From: Eledone cirrhosa | Lineage: Eukaryota | Length of the DNA: 64,000 nucleotides | NCBI GenBank assembly: GCA_964016885.1 | Contig: CAXHJY010001315.1 | Location: 1 to 64,000 of the forward strand | Direction: 5' to 3' | Shown: piece after piece, positions 56,105 to 64,000 of the stretch | Layout: each line of letters begins with the position of its first letter | Position numbering within the stretch: position 1 is the first letter of the stretch | Made by a program: the position numbers and the translations under genes | The notes under the pieces: model-generated | Told to the model about the DNA's origin: nothing | Databases searched by the model: none | Seen by the model: the letters and a program-made list of their open reading frames with translations, nothing else

Positions 56105-56850
56105 TTATTTCTACTTTGGGAACAAGACCAGCAATTTGAAAGGGAGGTGAAAATCGATTAAATTCATACCAGTGTTTTACTGGTACTTTATTTTATTGAC
56201 TCCGTAAGGTAAAGTGACGTAAAGCATAGCTTGCAGCCCAACTTTCTACTGACAATGGTTTTTTTTATATAGGCACAAGACCAGCCAGGGAAAGGTCGAT
56301 AGAGTTTCTAGTAAACAGATACCGGTGTGTGACTGGTACTTTATTTTATCGACCCCGTAAGGATGAAAGGCAAAGTTAACCTCGGCGGGATTTGAACTCA
56401 GATCATAAAGGGGCGTAACTCATGCTGCAATGCTTGGCGTCTGACCCTCTACCGATACTGCCAATCCAGCGCCTTGACGACTTTCTATTGATAATTGCTT
56501 CTACATTTGGCACAAGGCCAACAATTATCCCAGTGTATTACTGGTGCTTTATTTTATGGACCCCCTAAGGATGAAAGGCAAAGTTAAACCTCGGCGGGAT
56601 TTGAACTCAGACCATAAAGGGGAGTAACTCTATGCTGCAAAGCATGGCATCCGACCCTCTACCAATCCATCGCCTTAACAACTTTCTAGTGATAATTGTT
56701 TCTACTTTAGGCACAAGGCCAGCAATTACCCAGTGCATTACTGGTACTTTATTTTATCGACCCCGTAAGGATGAAAGGCAAAGTCAACCTCGGCGGGATT
56801 TGAACTCAGATCGTAAAGGGACTTTCTAGTGATATTGCCAACTCACCACC
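56105..56850 (-). mobile_element. Cluster of four head-to-tail SINE copies or fragments (56105-56210, 56255-56476, 56491-56676, 56692-56850)
   Basis: Repeated family consensus separated by ACTTTCTA(C/T/G)TGA(C/T)AAT spacers. Confidence 0.85.
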
Positions 56851-57169
56851 CTGATTTTTGCTTTTAATAATAAAAAAAAGAATAAGGAAAAAGTGACGAC
56901 TTTTCAGTTGTTTAGTTTTTAGGTCAATTTGTTATTTGTTAGGCGATATTTATCGGGATATTCTCGTTTTTGACCGCTGAGCTTTTCCTTCGTCTAACCA
57001 CAAACAATGAGTGAAACATCTTTCTTTATATTACAGGAAGTAAGTCCCGTGTCAGCCAACAGATGTAAAAATCTCCAAGTCGTGACGAACGAAAAGATCA
57101 CCTTATCGTCGATAATGGTCTCGTAGCATGCTTGTTTGTTTATTTGTTTACATATTATATATACATACA

Positions 57170-57247
<78 letters not shown>

Positions 57248-57811
57248 CTTATATACTTATTTACGTATTAATGTTTGTGTTTGTTTATTTGTTGTTTGAT
57301 ATATATATATATTTGTTTTCGTTTAGTTTCATGTTTTCTTTTTAAAGTCAAATGCTATGGGTTCTTCTTCTTCTTCTTCTTCTTCTTCTTCTTCTTCTTC
57401 TTCTTCTTCTTCTTCTTCTTCTTCTTCTTCTTCTTCTTCTTCTTCTTCTTCTTCTTCCTGTTGTGTATTGTGCCTAAACAGATTGTGTGCACCTGTCCAC
57501 AAGAAACAGATGTGCTTCTGCTTGTCAATTATGAGAGAACAACCATCTCCTGCAAAAATATGTTTTATTTCACAAGGCCAAGAAGACATCAACTCATACA
57601 AACAATACCTCTGTTAAGCTTTCATGTATAGTAGTTAAAGAATTAATGGAGAATTAAAAGACTTGTTAGGACATCGAATAGAATGCTTTACGGTATTAGG
57701 TCCGGCTTTCTGCGCTCTGAGTTCAAATCCAGTTGAGATCAACTTTCGCCCTTTCGAGATCGATAAATATAGCACCTGGCCATAACTGAAATCGACTCCT
57801 CCCACCCACCC

Positions 57812-57846
<35 letters not shown>

Positions 57847-57862
57847 CACTCTCACTCACTCT

Positions 57863-57917
<55 letters not shown>

Positions 57918-57973
57918 ATATTGAAATGGATTCTACATGACTAGAGCCCGAGATACACATATCTATATATATA

Positions 57974-58010
<37 letters not shown>

Positions 58011-58044
58011 GCGAGTGTGTGTGCTCGCGTGTGTGAGTTAGAAA

Positions 58045-58350
58045 TCACTGGTGTAGAGGTTCACTTCGCAGTCATGAGGTCCCATGTTCGATCCAACTTC
58101 ATTGCGTTTTGAGAATGAAATGTGACTGAGAACGAAATTGGATTGACAGGAACTGTGTGGAAGGCCATCGGATGGATTGTGTCTGGAATTCAAATGTCCA
58201 GTCTTGTCACATATTGTGTCAGTCACGTTGATTGATCCTGACAAATTAATTTAAAGGTAGGTATGTCTTTAGAACACTCAATCAGTAACACATTAATTCA
58301 TGAACTCGACGATCACTGGATCGGACATCTGAATGCCCATCGCCGAAACA
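58045..58350 (+). mobile_element. Degraded second SINE-like family (related fragments 9400-9545 minus, 9690-9860 plus, 25503-25620 plus)
   Basis: tRNA-like head (GGTGTAGAGGTT...GTTCGATCC) and a shared CTTGTCACA...GAATCTCCCTGA...GACGGA-type body seen by eye. Heavily diverged. Confidence 0.45.
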
Positions 58351-59048
58351 GACGGAATATACGTCATCATCATAATCATCATCATCATCATCATTTTTCT
58401 TTACTCTAGATGAAGTTGATAATATGACTCGGGATATATTGTCACTTTAAAAGTCCAGGAAAACTATGATGTAATATATTGCATTAGGCAGGTATTTTGC
58501 ATTGTTCAACATAGACATATGGAAGTCTAAACTAATTTATATAAAAAAATATATACGCACAATAACAAAATAAAAAATATTCTGTATATGATATATTCAA
58601 AAGCAAAGAAATCTCACTGCCGAGAAGATGGCGTTTAATTACCTGAAATCTCAGCCCCTTAAAGAAATTTACTCTTTTGTCATCGTATCTAGATTTCCCA
58701 AAGAAATATAGATGCCAACATTGGCAAAATATTCAACATATCATTGAAACAATTTAGTCAAACTATAAAAAATTAATGTTGACAAGAGCAAACTACGCCG
58801 AAACAACATATAATATTCTTTACAAAAAAAAGGGAGCTTACTCATTAGCAATAGTGCATTGGAGTGACAACAAAAGGAATACGCTAGGACAGTGTTCAAA
58901 TCAAAAATGTAATAATATACTCCTGGGTTGTTCGTAAGAAGGTTTATCTCTTTTACTCACAGCTGTATTTTCCCTTATGTATTTACAATAGAACCTATTT
59001 ATGTTTTCCAGAAAGAAGAATGACAAGTCGGGAAGATTGAAACTGAAA

Positions 59049-59141
<93 letters not shown>

Positions 59142-59199
59142 CGGAAGGGAAAATAAAATATAAAAGAAAAGTGGCATAAAATAAAAATAAAAATACTTG

Positions 59200-59266
<67 letters not shown>

Positions 59267-59321
59267 ATGTGTGTGTATATATATATATATATATATACAT
59301 ACACACACATATATATATGTA

Positions 59322-59394
<73 letters not shown>

Positions 59395-60689
59395 GGGGAA
59401 AAGTCTAAAACAGTGATTGAAAACAATATGGCAGCCTCCATAGAAAGAAAGTGAAGCCGTAAAGATTTTTTCAAATCCGAAACACCTACAAATATATCAG
59501 TGCATTTGAATCGTATAGAAATGTTCATATCTCTTATCCAACTGTCTCTCTCTCTCTTTCTCACTCTCTCTCTCTCTCTTCCCCTTTTCTCTCTCTTTCA
59601 TTGTTCCCTCTCTCTTTTTCTCTTTGTCTCTTTCTCTCTCCCTACTCTCTCTCTCTCTCTTCTTTCTTTCTCTCTTTCTCTCTTTCTTTCTCTCCCTCCT
59701 TTTCTCTAAATCTAATTCAATATCTCTACTTACTCTGTGTCTCTCTCCTCCTCCTTCTCTTCCTCCTCCTCTTCCCCTCCTCCTCCTCTTCTACCCCCCC
59801 CCTCCCATCTCACTCTCTATCTCTCGTGTTCTTTCCTTCTCTCTCTCTATCTCTTTTTCATTCCCTTTCACTCTGTCCCTTTCCCTCTCTTTGCCATTCT
59901 CCATTATTTCTGTACCTCTCTATCTCTCTCCACCCCTCCCCCACCCTTCTCTCTCTCTCTCTCAACCGCTCTCTATCTATCTCTATCTCTCTCACCTCTC
60001 TCTATCTAGCACTATCTCTCTCTCAACCTCTTTCTATCTATCTCTATCCTTTTCCACCTCTATCTCTATCTCTCACAACCTCTCCCTATCTCTCTCGATA
60101 TCTCTCCAAACTAAATATCTCCTGGGTATGATAAATCATTTCTACGCCACTTTCCATATAATCACATCTTTCTCTCTCTAAATTATTCAATAGCCAGTGT
60201 TATTTTTTAACTTACCCGTATTTATAAATAAAAAAAAAATATTTAATAACAATTCCAAGCTTTAAGTTCTTTAAACTTTGCTTTTGGGTATATTGAAAGG
60301 AAATAGAAGTGATATTTGTTTCTGTTTTATTCCGCCGTTAACTATTTATGGAGTCTTAGGGTCGGCATTTAAACTTAGGTCAAGCCCATTACTTTTCTAG
60401 GTCGATTTCTTCCAGAGAGAGGAAACACGGAGACAGGAAGAGAAAGAGAGTGTTGAAGGAGTGTAGGTGAGAAAGAGGTAAATTGACTCTCAGCACTGCA
60501 TTGGTAGTTTGCTAGCATAATACCTATTGGGACTTAACTACGTTTGGAATCGTAGGGGCGCCGTCATAACATGCCGCGTTTCTTTGGCATTTAAACCTGA
60601 CGTAAGCCATGTTTCTCCAGGTCAGGACATAATCGATTTGTTCCAGTGAAGAAAGAGACAGAGAGAAAGAGTACACAGATTGAAAATAA

Positions 60690-61392
60690 ATAATTGTTTC
60701 TAATTTTGGCACAATGCCAGCAATTATTCCACTATTGCCACCAATTATCGACCCCGTAAGGATGAAAGGCAAAGTTAACCTCGGCGGGATTTGAACTCAG
60801 ACGGTAAAGGGCCGTAACTCTTTGCTGCAAAACATGGCGTTTGACCCTCTACCGATTTTGCCAATCCACCACCCTTGAAATAAATAATAATTGTTTCTAC
60901 TTTTGGCACAAGGCCAGCAAGTATCTCAGTGTATTACTGATACTTTAGTTTATCGATCCCGTAAGGATGAAAGGCAAAGTTAACCTCGGCGGGATTTGAA
61001 CTCAGACCATAAAGAGCCGTAACTCTATGCTGCAAAGCATGGCGTCTGACCCTCTACCAATACTGCCAATCCAGCGAATATCTAATAGACTAAAATATCT
61101 ACCACCTTAAAAGGAAAGAACGCATTAAGCAGTTTGGGGTAACTAAATGCTGAAGAAAAGGATGTGATTGGATGGTCGTGGCTGGAATGCCGTTAATAAT
61201 CAGACAAGTCGAGAAAACATCCTTCGCAACATATGCAACATATTGATTGTAGTGAATATGATACATATTCTCTCTATGTGATAATTGTTTCTACTTTTGG
61301 CACAAGTCCAGCAATAACCCAGTGCATTACTGGTACTTTATTTTATCGACCCCGTAAGAATGAAAGGCAAAGTTAACCTCGGCGGGATTTGA
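60690..61392 (-). mobile_element. SINE copies (60690-60876, 60888-61077, partial 61281-61392)
   Basis: Family consensus, reverse strand. Confidence 0.88.
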
Positions 61393-61572
61393 TGTGATAA
61401 TGTGTTTGTGTATGTATGTACACATGAGTGTGTGAGTATGTGTGCATGTGTGTATGTGCGCATCTGTGTGTATGTGTACATGTGTGTATGAGTGTGTGTG
61501 TGTGAATGTGTGTATATGGGGGCTTGTGTGTGAATGTGTGCGTATGTGTGTGTATGTGCCTGTACGTATGCA

Positions 61573-61606
<34 letters not shown>

Positions 61607-61611
61607 GGCAT

Positions 61612-61877
61612 ATGTGTCTGAATGTGTGTATGCGTGCGTGTGTACGTGCGTGCTTACTCGGGTTTGAGTCCCGTCAATAACATCGATTCATGTGTGTGTA
61701 TGAATGTGTATGTGTGTGTATGTGCCTGTACGTATGTATCTGTGTATGTGTGTGTGTGTATGTGCCTGTACGTATGCATCTGTGTGGGGGGGGGGGGCAC
61801 ATGTGTCTGAATGTGTGTATGCGTGCGTGTGTACGTGCGTGCTTACTCGGTTTTGAGTACCGTCAATAAGATCGAGG
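61612..61877. repeat. Local direct duplication (~75-bp unique core, period ~189 bp) in (TG)-rich sequence
   Basis: ATGTGTCTGAATG...GCTTACTCGG...CCGTCAATAA at ~61612 and ~61801. Confidence 0.8.
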
Positions 61878-62869
61878 TGGTGTAAAGTTTCTAAGTATAA
61901 ATACGAGCAGGCTATATGATGACATATGAATTTACCGCATTATATCAAACGATGAATCCGTTGTTAAACATTTAGAATGTATATTTCTTATATTCCCTGG
62001 CACCATTCATTGATTTTTCCTTTCCTGTCGGCCCTTCTGCTTAGTGTATCTGTCACCGTTTTTCAATGGTGTATCAACTTCATTTATCGGCTAGCCACCT
62101 CCTCAGGAGTTAGTATTGTTGTAGAAACGTGACATCTGATATATATCTGCGTCGCTTGCACAGCAACTAAGCAAATATACGGTACAACACATGAACTTTG
62201 CTTTAAAAGAATAAGCTGTCTGTATTAGTCCCTCTCTTAAGTCGCTTCCCTTCCTGGTGCGATACAAACTCGTTACGTTTTACTATTGTTGTATTGGTTC
62301 AGATTGCTTACAAGCCAGCTTTCAGTTTTCATCAATGAAACATTTTTTCCCCTTATAATATCCAAATCACAGTAATTACGAGTGTAACAAAAAGTAAGTC
62401 AATAAATTGTATGAGAATCTGAATTGTCGGTTCTTTTTATATTTTATCTGTAATTTTCTTAATGATATTAAAGGAACTAGCTGAAAACCACCCTTCGTGT
62501 GGTTTTCTGCTAGCATGTGTATTGTGTATATTGATATTATATGCATGCAGATATGATACGTCAAATAAAATGCACAGAAATTGAAGAGACTGTGCTACAA
62601 TGTTTTCTGTAATCGGTAAAGTACTCCATGATCCATTTTAAAAAGACGATATTATATATAAACTGCATTACGTTGAAATTTTATGAAAAACGAAAAAGGA
62701 GAAAATCAGCGATGTGATATAGCGTCCATTATATCATAACCGGAAGTATTTACATTTTAAAATTTTAAAAGAGAATCTTGAAATAACAATCATTATATAT
62801 AAAATTATTTAATCTGAGTTACGAAATTTAGTACATAAATTATGTAATATTCATTCATTATTTATTTAA

Positions 62870-63060
62870 AGGGTGGTGGATTGGCAATATCGGTAGAGGG
62901 TCGGACGCCATGCTTTCCAGTATAGTTACGTCCCCTTACGATCTGAGTTCAAATCCCGCCGAGGTTGACTTTGCCTTTCATCCTTACGGGGTCGATAAAA
63001 TAAAGTACCAGTAATGCACTGGGTAATTGCTGGCCTTGTGCCTAAAGTAGAAACAATTAT
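62870..63060 (+). mobile_element. SINE, full length (other fragments: 148-270, 4045-4120, 4396-4500, 7965-8045, 16218-16290, 63968-64000)
   Basis: GGTGGATTGGCAATATCGGTAGAG...GAGTTCAAATCCCGCCGAGGTTGACTTTGCCTTTCATCCTTACGGGGTCGATAAAATAAAGTACCAGT...AGAAACAATTATT. Confidence 0.92.
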
Positions 63061-63697
63061 TTATTCAAAGTAAACCAACTTATTTTAAAAAAGGGGTAAA
63101 AAAATATATTCAGGACGCAGTCCCGAACTCCTCCCTTCATTATATTATGATTGTTGATACGTTACTATTCGTTCGTCATTAATAATTTTAGAGGCTGGTA
63201 GGTTTACAAAGTTGAATTATCTACTTTGTAAGACATTCCTACATTCACATAACCTCAAAATATTATGATAGGTCCACCGTTATTGTGACAACAAATTGCC
63301 AAAACAAAACAAAGAAAAACTAAGCATATTAATCTAAATAAAATCTAGAACTTTAAAGTCAAGTTACCTCTTTTGTAATATTATATTCAATATCTTTCAC
63401 CCATGAATTAACCAATAATAAGAGTAAAAGTTTATTGTAGCAAAGATGGCACCGGTGATAAGGGACATTCTATGAAAGAGGAAAGCCCATAAAATGAAAT
63501 ACCAAATATCCTGAGATCATTTTAATGTCGTCTCTGTATTAACACCATGTTTACCTGACTAGGCCTGAGATGTCTCCTTAGACTATTCAACGAATATTTC
63601 ACCTTTCTTCGAATACGAAGCATTATTTAGGTTACGATCTCAATGAAAGGAAAATCATCCATGCGTAACGAAACATATGTGTATATGTGTCTATATG

Positions 63698-63736
<39 letters not shown>

Positions 63737-63738
63737 GT

Positions 63739-63770
<32 letters not shown>

Positions 63771-64000
63771 GTGAAAAATATGGGGAGAAGAATACTGCAT
63801 GGTTGCACATGGATAACATGTTATAAAATGAGTCCCTCATCAGTGATTTGCCAACGGTCATTGGTATTTCATTGCAATAAAAATCATATATATATATATA
63901 TGTATATATGTAGGATATCTGGTTGTTAGTCGACATTAGGTATTGACAACCTCTTTCAAGCAGTCATATCCCGCCGAGGTTAACTTTCCCTTTCATCCTT

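Noticed and set aside
58600-58960. Decayed DNA-transposon coding remnant (INVDKSKLRR-like peptide)
   Set aside because: Too degraded to assign without a database search.
62870-62960. tRNA gene
   Set aside because: The A/B boxes belong to the SINE head. There is no cloverleaf and the sequence continues into the SINE core.

Overview
AT-rich animal genomic DNA, very dense in microsatellites. The repeat content (tRNA-derived SINEs with a Nin/Deu-like core, RTE LINE remnants, abundant (TA)n) suggests an octopus or other cephalopod, which is an inference. No host protein-coding gene can be supported, and almost all ORF-track entries are microsatellite artefacts. The only real coding unit is a young Penelope-like retroelement (PLE) at 28493-34289. 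It has a coiled-coil/basic ORF1 (30170-31519) and an RT + Zn-finger + GIY-YIG ORF2 (to 33753) in the -1 frame. An in-phase U_UUU_UUA slippery heptamer sits at the start of their overlap. Its 3' pseudo-LTR holds CCAAT/TATA boxes and a minimal hammerhead ribozyme (HHR), and a 1.56-kb inverted copy of the 3' half is fused head-to-head to the element. The (TA)n tracts across the window contain many short inserts from at least six sequence families, most carrying HHR motifs. Many are near-perfect palindromes with one short and one tailed arm, and one folds at the predicted transcription start of the PLE. Also present: a 4.2-kb satellite of 42 x 99-bp units derived from an RTE coding segment, RTE-like 3' ends stacked in (CATA)n, about 20 SINE copies or fragments, two hAT-Charlie-type MITEs, and 30-bp and 113-bp minisatellites.
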